A DNA stretch of 64,000 bases. It comes from Octopus bimaculoides. Taxonomy: Eukaryota. The notes beneath the pieces were generated by a model. It searched no databases. It saw only the letters and a program-made list of their open reading frames with translations, and was not told where the DNA came from. The position numbers and the translations under genes are program-made. The stretch covers positions 6,267,913-6,331,912 of the forward strand of contig NC_069001.1 of assembly GCF_001194135.2 (NCBI RefSeq), given 5' to 3'. Of the stretch, positions 1 through 13,805 are shown in pieces (positions within the stretch are counted from its first letter, which is position 1; each line of letters begins with the position of its first letter).

Positions 1-1189
1 ACTTCAATATGCCATGACCCGGTCGAGAGAGTACAACTACTATACATCGGATTTTTTATCTCTATTATTTTAATTGCGTGCTTGTATGTGCGCGCATTGG
101 ACTGTATATGTTTGAGCTTCTAATTCTGTTTAATTATCATGTTGTCTCCATACACGCACACACACACACACATTCTATTTCAGCCGAAAAAAACTTCGCA
201 AAGTGTTACTCAATGTTTCACGTAACCGTTCATCAGTCAGTTGTGATAATTTTTTTATGAATAAGAAATTTTTTATGAATTGTGAATGTAAGCCATTTCG
301 AGTACTATTTCTTCCACCTTGCTTTGCACTTATTTGCTTACACGTGTACACACACATTTTGGAAAACATTGCTAGGGCGTTTACATGCTCCTTGCCTTCG
401 TTACTGTGATACATATTTCTTCCTTATTTTCAAATACGAACAAAATTTAACATAGCGCCTACTGAAACAAATATACGAATTCAAAGAAAGCTATCCAGAT
501 AACCATTTTCTCTGCCTTCCATTTTAAAGCGGTGGGATGAGACCAGGGAAACATTTTGTTGCGATTTCTAGTAGACGAAACAGCCATATAGGGGCTTCTT
601 CTCATTAGGTCGTCATTGAAATGTTTCAGTCCTAGGTAAGAGCTAACACTATCATTTAGAATATCCTTTCCTATGTGTCTGATTAATTTATCTACTGGCT
701 CAAATAAAAGGATTACTGTTAAGTCCCTCATTATCCGAGATTTCTTCATCTCTAAAGGACAGATTGCTTAACAGCTTGCTGCTTTAACGAGATCATGTTA
801 TAAGGTCGATTGAACACGCTGTTGTGTTGTCAAAGGATCAAATGAATCAACCTTTTCCCAAACAACCTCGAAGTTGCAGGTCAACGTAGCACAGTCACGT
901 GTCAAAAATTAACCGAATTTAGTTGAATGAGACGACAATTTTGAGATTGAAGTAGGTCAATATCTGCACAAAATAGATCAATGGAATGTTTGATCAACCA
1001 TGATAAATAATTATAGGTTCTAACCCAAAACATGTTTGTAGAGAAAATACACCATATCTCTCAGGGGATGGAAGGATTATCTACTTTCTTTCTTTCTGTC
1101 TTTCTTTCTTGCTTGCTTGCTTTCTTTCCTTGTTTCTTTCTTTCACTCATTCATTATTTCTTCTTCTTCTTCTTCTTCTTCTTCTTCTT

Positions 1190-1225
<36 letters not shown>

Positions 1226-1654
1226 ATAGCAGTATCGACGAAGCGTTGAAGATCGCCAGCAACAACAGCAACGCCTACAGTAAGGGTGACAACAACAACA
1301 NNNNNNNNNNNNNNNNNNNNNNNNNNNNNNNNNNNNNNNNNNNNNNNNNNNNNNNNNNNNNNNNNNNNNNNNNNNNNNNNNNNNNNNNNNNNNNNNNNNN
1401 NNNNNNNNNNNNNNNNNNNNNNNNNNNNNNNNNNNNNNNNNNNNNNNNNNNNNNNNNNNNNNNNNNNNNNNNNNNNNNNNNNNNNNNNNNNNNNNNNNNN
1501 NNNNNNNNNNNNNNNNNNNNNNNNNNNNNNNNNTCACTAAATTCAATTTTTTCAGTCATTGGCTAAGTAGAAGCTTTTCTTACCGTCGCTTAAGCATGGC
1601 ATTCTAGAACCCCTTTTTAAGCTTATAATTTAACCTCTTTACAGTTTCTGTTTG

Positions 1655-1708
<54 letters not shown>

Positions 1709-1769
1709 AACGATGTCTCATTTCAGCGTTTGCTTTGTATTTTTAGTTTCTTTGAAGACAGAAAATAAT

Positions 1770-3140
1770 ACTGTTGTTCTTGTTTCAAAGCTATTTGTAT
1801 TAATTTTCCATTTCTTTTTTTTTTTAGTCTGAATGAATATTCTATAATAGTTTTTGGTTGCATATGGCTCCATCGCCCTATATTTGTGACAAATATAATT
1901 TCTGTACGTCAAATTTTGGGTAGTGTACTTAAGATGCTGTCATTGTTTTTCTTGTATTTTATGTCTGGGTCTTGCTAGTTTGTTTAGAGCTCAGTTGCTT
2001 ATTGCTCGCACAGCTGCAATATTGTTGCATATTAACTTATTTTTTGCATCTAGCTCTATTTTAAGCATGGATCTCAAGCACCCATAACATTCATTCCTAA
2101 TCTACTCTTTAATATGTGTGTTGTACATTGGCTTATAAATACACGTTTTTATAAGCGTTTGTATGCCTGTATTTAGTTTAATTCACTTGTGTTTTTACTG
2201 CTCTTCAAAGTTACCCAAAAGTTTTTTTCTAATCCGAATTCTCTCTTAAATTCAAGAACTTTGAGTAATAGTGTTTCTAGTAGGTTACCATTTGCAGCAT
2301 ACAATTAAGGTCATGCACATACAAATAATGCTTGATAATCTTACCATAGCTTTTGTATCTGAATCCAGATCTATTTAATATGTTAATTGAAGGCGTCAAC
2401 ACTTAACAGAAAAGTTAAGGACGCAGTATGTCCCGTTGGAATATTCTTTTTCTCCCGGGAAAGAATTTTGTTTTATAATCTCTTTTGTTTGTATCTGCAA
2501 AATTGTTTACTACTTATTATATACTTTATCAATCTACTGGTACTACTTTACACATAACTAGTATTCCTCCCAGGATCCGTGTGTGCGAAAAACTGTCAAA
2601 AGCCTTTTGGTGGTTAATCTATGCCATGCTCAAATTTTTCTCAATACAGCTGTCTTCGGTTATTGTTTTGTTGATCAGTAATTGATCTTTACAAACATAG
2701 TGGTCTTTGCAGCACCCCTTCGACTCTTCTGGAAACAAACTGACTTATTTGTTAGGTGTTTACTCTCTACAATATTATTGCAGTTAAGTTTTCTAGGTTA
2801 TAGAAAGGCAGATTATGGGTCTGTAGTTTTAAAGGTTTGCTGTTTCTTTAGTTTTGTGGATTAAGGTAGTTTCTCTCTTCAGCGATCCAATCAGCTATTG
2901 CCATCACCTCCTCAGTATCTCATTAAACTTCTCCGTGAAGCACTTTATGTGTTCCGAATAAATATTTTAACTAGAGGTTTGGAATGTTATCAAGTTCTCG
3001 TGCTTTTATTTTTGTTCTTATGGCCTTCCTTGATTCTTCAAATGATGGCGTCCGTAGTTTTGGGCAACCTTTTATGTAGTGATTTCTTCATTGTGCATTT
3101 CCTCCTACCAAACACTTCTACCTTTTTTTGCTGTTGATGC
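1770..3140 (-). mobile_element. Degenerate R4/Dong-clade non-LTR retrotransposon, reverse transcriptase region
   Basis: Manual minus-strand translation with stops and frameshifts gives NYRPIICL, LFPEESKGCCKDHYVCKDQLLINK..NLSMA*INHQKAFDS (2592-2738), IFQRD (cf. IFQGDSLSP, ~2430-2445), HYLYVHDL (cf. YMDD, 2310-2321), REFGLEK, IRNECY..MLKIELDAKNK and HYPKFDVQKLYL. This is the motif order of the R4/Dong RT. Confidence 0.85.
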
Positions 3141-3287
3141 TATATTGACTTCCATTCTATTTTGAAAGAGGTTTCTATAAAACTAGATTTTAAACATCGA
3201 ATGGCTATGGGGGCCCACCAGAATAAAATAGTAATGGAAGGGGTCCATAGATAAAAAGAGATTTAGAACCCCTGATCATGACCATCA

Positions 3288-3489
3288 AGGCGGCGAGCTG
3301 GCAGAATCGTTAAGCACGCCGGGCAAAATGCTTTGCAGCATTTCGTCCATCTTCACATTCTAAGTTCAAATCCCGCTAGGTCGACTTTGTCTTTCATCCT
3401 TTCAGGGTCGATAAAATAAGTGTCATTTGATCACTGGAGTTGATGTAATCGACTTAAATTTGCTGTCCTTGTGCCAAAATTTGAAGCCA
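3288..3489 (+). mobile_element. tRNA-derived SINE, family A (GGCGAGCTGGCAGAATCG head)
   Basis: A/B-box-like head (GTTCAAATCC), body GGTCGACTTTG(C/T)CTTTCATCCTTT..GGGTCGATAAAATAAGT, tail CTTGTGCCAAAATTTGAA. Many homologous copies in the window. Confidence 0.85.
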
Positions 3490-3665
<176 letters not shown>

Positions 3666-4834
3666 GTTGCGATGGCGGTGGTTTTATCTTCAAGGAAAGC
3701 ACTAGTAGTTGTAGTATGCTCATCATATTACTATCAATGATAAAGGCAATATTATCATCATGTGCTGTAAGACAGCGAAATAATGCTGCACTGATTGCAT
3801 CGTCTGACGGAGTGCGACTATTATTAGAGAAAGCCATAGAATTGCTACTGTGTCATCTCAGTAGAGAAAGGTCAAACAATGCTTACATACTGTTTATAGT
3901 CTTAACAACTAGCGCTGTAGTATTGATGTCACTGAAGCTTCAGACACACGCGCCATACAGGCACATACACACTTAAACAGTCGTATATTCCCGCTACACA
4001 CACATACTACCATATATAGAGATATATAAAGGAAAGAGATATGTTTTATTTATGGCTGTATATGTTATGTTATTGTGTGCGCATACGTCTGTAAAGGTAC
4101 GCATACATCTANNNNNNNNNNNNNNNNNNNNNNNNNNNNNNNNNNNNNNNNNNNNNNNNNNNNNNNNNNNNNNNNNNNNNNNNNNNNNNNNNNNNNNNNN
4201 NNNNNNNNNNNNNNNNNNNNNNNNNNNNNNNNNNNNNNNNNNNNNNNNNNNNNNNNNNNNNNNNNNNNNNNNNNNNNNNNNNNNNNNNNNNNNNNNNNNN
4301 NNNNNNNNNNNNNNNNNNNNNNNNNNNNNNNNNNNNNNNNNNNNNNNNNNNNNNNNNNNNNNNNNNNNNNNNNNNNNNNNNNNNNNNNNNNNNNNNNNNN
4401 NNNNNNNNNNNNNNNNNNNNNNNNNNNNNNNNNNNNNNNNNNNNNNNNNNNNNNNNNNNNNNNNNNNNNNNNNNNNNNNNNNNNNNNNNNNNNNNNNNNN
4501 NNNNNNNNNNNNNNNNNNNNNNNNNNNNNNNNNNNNNNNNNNNNNNNNNNNNNNNNNNNNNNNNNNNNNNNNNNNNNNNNNNNNNNNNNNNNNNNNNNNN
4601 NNNNNNNNNNNNNNNNNNNNNNNNNNNNNNNNNNNNNNNNNNNNNNNNNNNNNNNNNNNNNNNNNNNNNNNNNNNNNNNNNNNNNNNNNNNNNNNNNNNN
4701 NNNNNNNNNNNNNNNNNNNNNNNNNNNNNNNNNNNNNNNNNNNNNNNNNNNNNNNNNNNNNNNNNNNNNNNNNNNNNNNNNNNNNNNNNNNNNNNNNNNN
4801 TATATATATATATATACACACATACATACATACA

Positions 4835-4867
<33 letters not shown>

Positions 4868-4920
4868 GTATACATAACTGAACAAAAGTAGTATGATTTG
4901 CAATATAGAAACAATGTAAA

Positions 4921-5166
4921 GCGGTGAGCTGGCTGAATCATTAGCACGCCGGGCAAAAAGCTTAGTGATATTTTGTCCATCTTTACGTTCAAATTCCGCC
5001 CAGATCGAATTTGCCGTTCATCTTTTTCGATTGACTTTGCCTTTCATCCCTTTTCTTTAATCCTTTTGGGATCGATAAAATAAGCACCACTTGATCACTG
5101 GAGTCGATGTAATCAACATACACCCTCCCCACTAAATTGTTGGCCTTGTGCCGAAATTCGAAACCA
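4921..5166 (+). mobile_element. SINE family A copy with small internal duplication
   Basis: Homologous to 3288-3489; the TTTGCCTTTCATC segment occurs twice. Confidence 0.8.
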
Positions 5167-5574
5167 GTATAGGAACACAGTAACAAATCTGGAAAAAATG
5201 CTTTTGACTAAATGAATCCTAAAAGTTCACTGATACTTTATTTCGTCAATCTAGGAATGTTTTAAAAAAATAAAACTGACCTCAGTGCAATTTAAACTCA
5301 GAATGTAAAGAGCTAAGCATTTTGTCGATGTTTTAAGTGGTACGATATAACTCGGAAAAAAATGTTTAATCGCAAAATTGAAATATATATACACATATAG
5401 ACGCTGAAGTTTGCTACAAAATCCGGCTTGAGCAAATTAATTGTGTATACTAGAAGTATGGCTTATAATTAAAAATCCTATTATTATATAGTTATAATAA
5501 AATTGTATAAAAAATTGTTGTAACATTTTGTGTTTTGCAGAAGTATAACCAGCTTATTGCGTAGGATGTTATAC

Positions 5575-5818
5575 ATCGCTGATCACACTGTGCTTTGCAT
5601 CGTTGTAGCATTTGAATGATGCCACCCCGCTGGCTAGGCGAACAGGTTAACATTTCCCCTGATCGGAAAACTAGTCTGTATCAGGATTATCCATTTACAG
5701 CTGCATGGACTGGAGCAATGCGAAATGAAGTATTTTGCTCAAGACGCAGTTGCTGTGGGAACTGAATTCTCAATCTCATGATCGTGAGTGCAACACTCTA
5801 ACCACTAGACCACGCGTC
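5575..5818 (-). mobile_element. tRNA-derived SINE, family C
   Basis: Minus strand reads CGCGTGGTCTAGTGGTTAGAGTG (A box)..CTTGAGCAAAATACTTCATTTCGCATTGCTCCAGTCCA. This central domain is shared with copies at 16954, 37755, 48779 and 61480. Confidence 0.75.
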
Positions 5819-6895
5819 TTTACAAAAGGATAATAGCTAAGTTTAAATTGATGTAGGCAATGCATGAAAGTGAGTCTCATCTGTGTTAGTATGGTGACAA
5901 CTGTAGGCATATTTTAATTGTATTAAACCTCTTCAGGAAACCAAAATGTTATCAGTATTTGCCAAAATTTGATTAGAGTTTTAGATAGTCCACTCTCAGT
6001 TATTCATTCTTTTAAGTGTAATGTATTGAGAAGGTAGAAATAAAAAATCAGTATGGCTGAATTATAAGGACAGGTGCCTTATTTTCAACTGTCATTTTGT
6101 GCAAACTTTAGCTCTATTGTATCGCTTCATTGTGTGAATATGTCAATCCGTGTTGATAGTCTGACGGAGTCTGTTTGTCATTTCATCAGTGTCAAACAAA
6201 TTATAAACAATGTATTTCTGACCTACATATATTGACTTAAGGTCGATACGGACTCTAGACTCTCTTAGCAACGTGACACTTCACTACCTGTCCCAGGAAT
6301 AGAACTCAAAGGCGCGCGCGCACTCTCTCTCTCCTTCAGACACAGATACACATACACACACTCTTCAAATGTCACAAGTGTGTTCTGGACATATTTCCGT
6401 TCTACTTAAAGGTATCAACAACAGGTTATATATANNNNNNNNNNNNNNNNNNNNNNNNNNNNNNNNNNNNNNNNNNNNNNNNNNNNNNNNNNNNNNNNNN
6501 NNNNNNNNNNNNNNNNNNNNNNNNNNNNNNNNNNNNNNNNNNNNNNNNNNNNNNNNNNNNNNNNNNNNNNNNNNNNNNNNNNNNNNNNNNNNNNNNNNNN
6601 NNNNGGCTAAAATTAAATTTACACAGCCACAATATATTTCCATAGATTTATAAGCTTAAAAAGATGATAGCGAAAAATATATGATTACTTTAAAACGCCA
6701 GCCAGCATGACGCAAATAGGAGATAGGAAGAAAAGAAAGAAAGAATTAGAATAGCAATAATAATGTGCATAATTTAATGAACAGACAGAAGTGAGCCTTA
6801 AAGGGACTTGCGGTAGATAGTGTCAAGAAGTCTAACGACCAGCATGCAACAAACACAAAAGGTGTGTAACTTCAGAAAGAGGTACAGAGCTTATT

Positions 6896-7210
6896 GAAAC
6901 CATGTTGGGGCACCGCCTTGAAGAACTTTTAGTCGAATGAATTGACCCCAGTACTTTTTTTCTTAACCCTGGTACTTATTTTATCGATCAGTATTGCCGA
7001 ACCGCTAATTTGCGGGGACGTAAACACTCCAAAACCGCTTGTTAAGCGGTGATGGGGAACAAACACATGCACATAGATATATAGATAGATATACGATGGG
7101 CTTCTTTTCAGTTTCCGTCTACCAAATCCACTCACAAGGCTTTAGTCGGCCCGAGGCTGAAGTGGAAGACACTTGCCCAATGTGCCATGCTGTAAGACTG
7201 CACACAGCCA
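6896..7210 (-). mobile_element. tRNA-derived SINE, family B (CORE-like), partly deleted
   Basis: Minus strand reads TTGGGCAAGTGTCTTC..CGGGCCGACTAAAGCCTTGTGAGTGGATTTGGTAGACGGAAACTGAAAAGAAGCCC, then an internal microsatellite and a GGCGGTGCCCCAACATGG tail. Confidence 0.8.
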
Positions 7211-7264
7211 AGCTTGCGCCTACATAGATACATACATACATACATACATACATACATACATACA

Positions 7265-7297
<33 letters not shown>

Positions 7298-8399
7298 GCA
7301 CACACGATCACACACAAGGACAGACATTTACCATTTTCTCTCTGTTCTACTTTGTTTTTGTTATTTTGTTTAACTTATTGATTTTTTTTATTACATCCCG
7401 CCAACCTTATTCAGTATTTCCTCCTTCCATTTGATGGGTTCAGATTGTATTTAAAAAGAATACAAGAATATAAGAATAAGAACATTATATGATGTAATGT
7501 TTGAATAGAACAAAAACAGGCTTGATGTTTATCGTATGTGAATTAGTTCTTCAGAAATTCTGGAAGAAAATGATGGTTTTGTGAGCAATGATAGATGAAG
7601 AAATCTATTCTATTTCATATCTTATCTGTAATGACTGAGATCTAATTGATAAATCTTCAATAATATTAACGGTTATGATGTCCCTTGTAGTTCTGTACAG
7701 AAAGAATATTTTATCATGGTGTGCGCCTGCGCGCACACCCACACCAACACATGCACACACTCACACGCATATACACATGCAAGCAGATATATAAAAACAC
7801 GCAGACACACATGCATATACACACGCAAACGCACAAAGCGCGTTTAGACATAGTCACAAACACAGACATTTAATTTACACACACATAACATAGATATATG
7901 TCCAGACACTCACACACACACACACATATGTATATAAGTGTATATGAATATCTACATATAATATACGTATATATACTTTATATACATACATGGACATATA
8001 TATGCGTATGTATACACACACATACACACATACACACACATTCATACACATATATCGTCTGTAGAATTATATATGCTTACATCATCGCTTATAGCTATAA
8101 ATCAGAAGGCTGGACTCTGCAACGAACTTTAATAACAAATTGAATCACGTCTCTTATGTCACAGGGTAATGCATGAATACCACACAATCTCTAAAGTTTT
8201 CACTAATTTATACACTTGTTGCTAATTAAATAATGGATGTTATCTTGCCAACGAACAAGGACCCAAAGTGTTAGATTCTTCGTTCCCCGCTTCAGTCTTG
8301 CTTACAAAAGCTTTTTTTAAAGCGATTATCTAATAATATCTTGACTTCTGGTCAGAGGCATATATATGTCTTTTTAGTAATTTAAATTTTTCCTACAAG

Positions 8400-8780
8400 A
8401 AAGATCTGGTTTCTAGCAACGAAATAAAACTTCGTTGGAATTTTGATAAAAACAACTGTAGTATATCACATCTTGAATTTTATAAAAGTTTTACAGATAT
8501 TTACTCTTTCACCTACGTATTGTATTTGCAAAATTTGTTTTACCTGGTCACTCTCTTTGCTTGAAAACACCAGTTTCCGAGATAGCCAATAAGACATTTT
8601 GTAATACAGACAAGTGCACCGACAGTTATGGGTACAAATGTAAATTTACTAAAGCGGAAAAGTTGTATGTTGGGAAGCAGTTGTCCATAAATAGTGTCCT
8701 TTTCACTGATTTTTAACGAAATCTTCATATTTAGAAAGCAACATAACCTCTATAACAGTTCTTAATTTTTCTTTTATGCA
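8400..8780 (-). mobile_element. R4/Dong LINE 3' end: REL endonuclease C-terminus
   Basis: EKLRTVIEV..ISLKISEKDTIYGQLLPNIQL..KFTFVPITVGAL, then after a frameshift LQIQYVGERVNICKTFIKFKM* (stop ~8465). The supplied ORF 8540-8728 is part of this. Confidence 0.75.
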
Positions 8781-9029
8781 TTCGTACGAATGTATGTATT
8801 AGAAACAAGGTTCTTCTGGTTTAAATTTAGACATAACTATATAGGCATATAAATATACAGATATGACTGTACGTTACTTCTGATTTGGAGATTTAGAGTA
8901 CATTTTGACTGGTTACCTACAGAGTGGCAAGGTTGTAAAGAAACTAAATCTTGCCTTTCCGTGTTCCTTCATGAAATTATTCACTCTTTAAAATTCAATT
9001 TTTATCCTCCTGGATATAGTAATAAATCT

Positions 9030-9400
9030 CTAGCGTAAGAATTACTGATCTAGCAAACTTGGTACATGACCTATTACTCCAATATAATGAATTTTCACTG
9101 AAAGAATATTTACTGAATTTACAAACTCTTCATCAGCTGTCCATTGACGCCTTCTTCTTCGGTATCTTTCTTATCAAACTGATGCCATGTAGGCAGCTGG
9201 TTTCTACATAAATTATAGTTTATTTCACTTTTCCAAACAATAATATAAACTGTTTAGTTACTGTTTAATTTCCAGATTCTACCATTTTTTTTATTCATCG
9301 GTTTCAGTTTATTCCTCGTTGTTATTTTTTCTTCGTCAGTGTCTTCAAGGCTGTTCTGGGTATTGCATCATGTCTCATGAAAGGGTACAATATATCCTCT
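9030..9400 (-). mobile_element. Second R4/Dong REL-endonuclease fragment
   Basis: MRHDAIPRTALK (RHD motif after the CCHC knuckle), VETSCLHGISLIRKI, GQLMKSL*, IGVIGHVP across frameshifts. Confidence 0.6.
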
Positions 9401-10107
9401 TTGTGTTAATGAATTGCTAAGATTCTATATTGAAGCAACCCTAATTGTATTAATATATTACTGAGGTTCTGTATTCTATCACTACCCACCACGCTACTAA
9501 ATGATTGTAGTTGTTATCTAACATTAATCTAGCGGGCTATGGTTTTCATTGGTGGATCTGGGTGGGAGATTTCGATGGATGATGGAATAGAAGATTGATT
9601 ATAATGGTGGGCGTTATAAATAGATCAAATATCGATGAGAAAATGTGCGACCAAGAAAATATCGATAATACCCTAAAATGTGTAACTAGACATTGGTTGG
9701 CAACAAGGAAATAAGTAATTACTGGTTGGTAAGGATCAGAGAATAGGAGTCTATACAAGAATACTGCAGTAATTATTATCTTGAATTAAATAGAAAAAAG
9801 GAAAGACGTAAAAAGGGAGGTTGGTGGTAAAATGGCCCTACAATTAAGTTTAATGAACACTTGACTTAACTGATTTAACTAGCATAATTAAGAAATATAC
9901 TATTATTTTTTTCTTTAATTTTAGTTCATATGCATACATACATACATACATACATACACGTCTGAATACATACATACATACATACATACATACATTTCCA
10001 AAAATTTAGTACATAAATACATATGCATGCATCTAGACATGAAAATATATACGTAAAGACGCATCCATAAAACAAACATACAAATCTGCGCATACACTAA
10101 CACCAAA

Positions 10108-10141
<34 letters not shown>

Positions 10142-10747
10142 GCACAAATACCTAGATGATGTTGATAAAAGTTCCAATGAAGGAGCCTTGAATCTATGTT
10201 AGAGTCCGGCTCTTTCTCTATGGACAAGAAATACAGAAATGAAACTGATTGATAACATACATACATACATAATGCATACATATATATACATTCATACTTC
10301 TTTCGTAAATACGTACATGTAATCACCCTTTGACGAAGGAACCTGTTAGAAACTTTTGACGTCTCCTTTTTTCCCGAGGCAACATAATTTATTCCACTTT
10401 GTAAACTTTCTATACTTAATATTTACCGACACATAACAATCCACTAGATGCCTCGGTTTCTACCGTTTCACTTTCATACTTGATTATATGAGCGGAAGAT
10501 TAATAACTGTCTGCGTGTATAAAAATTGTATGAATATATATACGTATGTGAATACGCTAAAACTTGTATTAAAGTCAAGATGTGAGACATAAGATATTTC
10601 TCAGTTACTAAAAACCATTTGCCTCAAATTGAAGCGATAATGTGATCAAAACATCTAACACGAAGAATGAATTGGTGTATATGTGGGTGTATATATATAC
10701 CCACATATACACAAATTATGTATATATATATGTATATAAAATTATTA

Positions 10748-10798
<51 letters not shown>

Positions 10799-11055
10799 GT
10801 GACGGAAGCAGCATTAATATCAGAAGGTAATCTTTATATCCAGCTTAACATGGATGCCTTATTAGAACACCCAATATTGCATTATTAGCATTGAGAGAAC
10901 TTCTCTTACGAGCGCTTAGAGCATAAAAGCATGATCTATGTGTGTGTTTTTATGCACCAAGTGCCTATGTGCCTGTAACAGTGGTTCTCTCAAGGCTTAA
11001 TATAGCAGGATACGGTGTTCTAACAAGGTATCCGTATGTGTGTATGCCCGCGTGC

Positions 11056-11094
<39 letters not shown>

Positions 11095-11099
<5 letters not shown>

Positions 11100-11673
11100 T
11101 TTTATTCTTTTACTTGCTTCAGTTATTTGAATGCGACCGTGCTGGAATACCAACTTAAGGGGTTATNNNNNNNNNNNNNNNNNNNNNNNNNNNNNNNNNN
11201 NNNNNNNNNNNNNNNNNNNNNNNNNNNNNNNNNNNNNNNNNNNNNNNNNNNNNNNNNNNNNNNNNNNNNNNNNNNNNNNNNNNNNNNNNNNNNNNNNNNN
11301 NNNNNNNNNNNNNNNNNNNNNNNNNNNNNNNCCCAAGACTTATTCGTTGTAAGCCTATACTTATTCTATCGTCACTTTTGCCGAACCGCTAAGTTACGAG
11401 GACGTAAACGCACCAACATCGGTTGTCAAGCGATAATGGGAGGGGACAAACACAGACACAAAAACATATGTGTGTGTGTGTGTGTGTATGTGTGTGTGTG
11501 TATGTGTGTATATATAGGACAGGCTTCTTTCAGTTTCCGTCTACCAAATCCACTCACAAGGCTTTGGTCGGCCCGAAGCTATAGTAGAAGATACTTGCTC
11601 ATGGTGCCACGCAGTGGGACTGAACCCGGAATCATGTGCTTGGGAAGCAAACTTCTTACCACACAGCCACGCC
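11095..11673 (-). mobile_element. SINE family B, near full length, interrupted by N-gap
   Basis: Head GGCGTGGCTGTGTGGTAAGAAGTTTGCTTCC on the minus strand at the right end, CORE-like middle, internal (CA/TA)n, TAAAAGAATAAAAGAATA tail. Confidence 0.85.
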
Positions 11674-12121
11674 ATCGCCTAATATGTATGTGTGTGTGTG
11701 TGTTTGTGTGTGTGTAAAGAGAGAGATAAATGTATACATACGCACACATATGTATGTATTTATGAATGTAATGTGTACGGGTATTTATGAGCTTTTTTTA
11801 TACTTTTGCGTGTTAATGTGTGTAATTTTGTAAAGATCTATTAGATTATGCATATGTGTGTAAATAAGATGTCGGCCATAAACTCACTCCACCCCAATCT
11901 CAGTCATCTCTCATCATTGGGGAAGGAAGTAAGTGTTGCTTGATTTGCTTTTCTTTCTTTCTTTTTTTTTTCCTGAAGAAAACCTGTGAGATATTTTGGT
12001 TTAATCTTCACAGATAATGCAGATTTACTAAGGTATTAAAAATAATAATAATAATAATAACAACAACAGCAACAGCAACATCAACTTCATCCTCCTCCTC
12101 CTCCTCCTCCTCCTCATGATC

Positions 12122-12156
<35 letters not shown>

Positions 12157-12352
12157 CATCATCATCATCATCATTGATTTCGTGATGTAACTGAAGAAAA
12201 ATAATTCCTGCACTGATAATATTTTATACCTTTTCTTTCTTTATTTTTTGTTTGTTTGTTTCTTTTATTTTCTGTTTTCTTTCCACTCTTGATTATAGCT
12301 CTTTTATTTAAAAGTTTCTTTTTAGCCTTTTTGTTTCACGATCTACAGTATT

Positions 12353-12400
<48 letters not shown>

Positions 12401-13199
12401 NNNNNNNNNNNNNNNNNNNNNNNNNNNNNNNNNNNNNNNNNNNNNNNNNNNNNNNNNNNNNNNNNNNNNNNNNNNNNNNNNNNNNNNNNNNNNNNNNNNN
12501 NNNNNNNNNNNNNNNNNNNNNNNNNNNNNNNNNNNNNNNNNNNNNNNNNNNNNNNNNNNNNNNNNNNNNNNNNNNNNNNNCCTGTCGGTTTCTTTTGGTT
12601 TCATTCCAGTTCTTTTACTCTCCCTCTTCTGCCTCACTCTTTCCTTTCCTTCTCTATTCTGATTACTCTTAAATACAGTAAATGGGAGAGTAAATGAGTT
12701 AGAGAAAAGATGGAGACAGATAAAAAGATGCATACATAGATAGTGACTCAGACGACAGAAAGAGAAAGAAAGAGAGGGGTAAAATGTATGTTTTGGGAGA
12801 AGGAAAGAGAGAGACAGACGGACAGACAGGGGCAGAGACAGCGTGTACGTTTTCACCAGTTTCCCCACCTAAAATTATATCAAACTGAATGAGTTGTTAA
12901 TGTTTGCTATGGTTGCTGTTTAGTCCCAGGTTAGCCTTGATCCAGAAGCCGTACGATCAAATGGACTCCAGCAATGAACATCTCTTTCCTCTGAATAAAT
13001 CATGCATTACATTATGTAATGTCCTTCCTTGTTGCTCAGCCCTGATCCACGGGATCTAACCGAGTCAATCTCCTTTTACGATTCTCTCCCACTATCTCAC
13101 CCTCCCTCCTTCCTTCCCTCTCTCCTCCCCTCCCTATCTCCTTCTTTCCTTCTCTCTTTTCCTTCCCTCTCGCTATTTCCTTCCGCCCCTTCTCTCTCT

Positions 13200-13800
13200 C
13201 TTTCGTCGAACACTAGTGATGGCGATTCCTCCATAAGTATCTAACCATTGCCTTTATTTGAAGGGCGACGGTATTTCCGTTTTCCATTTCCTTTTGAATT
13301 CTCTTTACAGTGGCCTTATAATATAGAGGAGGCCGACCTTGTTTCATCATCAGTCAGGAGCTGCTCGCGCGGTTTTTCAGATGTCATTCGAGGAACAAGC
13401 CCCTTTCGGAGTAGTGTGATCCTAATGAAGGTTTTCTATTGGGTGGCAGTCCGGTTCACCCTAGTAATTTACTTTTGAGAATCAAATCTCTCCAGATTTT
13501 CATGCCCTTTTCTTGATGAAGAAATTTACCGTACTTTAGCAATCTTGCTCGCCTTGAAAAACATATCTCTCCAGCTTTCTATAAGTGAGCGCAAGAGAGT
13601 CACTGTAAAGATATGAAATTTTTTCACCTACAATGTTCAGGTTTTGGTATTACACCTACACATAAAAATGGCAAGGACGACTCCTCAGTAGATCTTGCTC
13701 TTGATTCAGGTGGAAATATAATAACTGTTCAATAGCTGCACGATGTTCAAATGCTGAGTTTGCCTCAAACAGCCACTTTTGTTGTTCAATATTAACACGT
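13200..13800 (-). mobile_element. Highly degenerate APE-type LINE fragment (linker to RT start)
   Basis: Minus strand gives LTDDETRSA.., RAAPD (cf. KAPGPD) and WKTEIPSPFK*..DTYGGIAITSVRRK (cf. WK..I.P..KKG..NYRGIALTS..K). Confidence 0.45.
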
Positions 13801-13805
13801 TCAAA

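Noticed and set aside
459-960. 96-aa minus ORF and possible terminal exons (DEEISDNEGLNSNPFI*; DIDLLQSQNCRLIQLNSVNF*)
   Set aside because: No recognisable homology and conflicting splice signals on both strands. The plus strand has faint RT-like words, so an old LINE is as likely; nothing here is supportable.
8540-8728. Hydrophobic ORF with a strong donor (CAG|GTAAAA), resembling a membrane-protein exon
   Set aside because: It is the R4/Dong REL domain (YGQLL..FVPI.VGAL), and the LINE C-terminus continues past the apparent donor.
9100-9205. YRRRRRQWTADEE, a Myb/SANT-like motif
   Set aside because: Stops lie just upstream in that frame; the other frames give the REL signature (ETSC, GQLMKSL).
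13311-13430. Plus-strand exon candidate after a strong acceptor (WPYNIEEADL..)
   Set aside because: The minus strand carries LINE motifs; the pyrimidine tract is the antisense of purine-rich LINE sequence.
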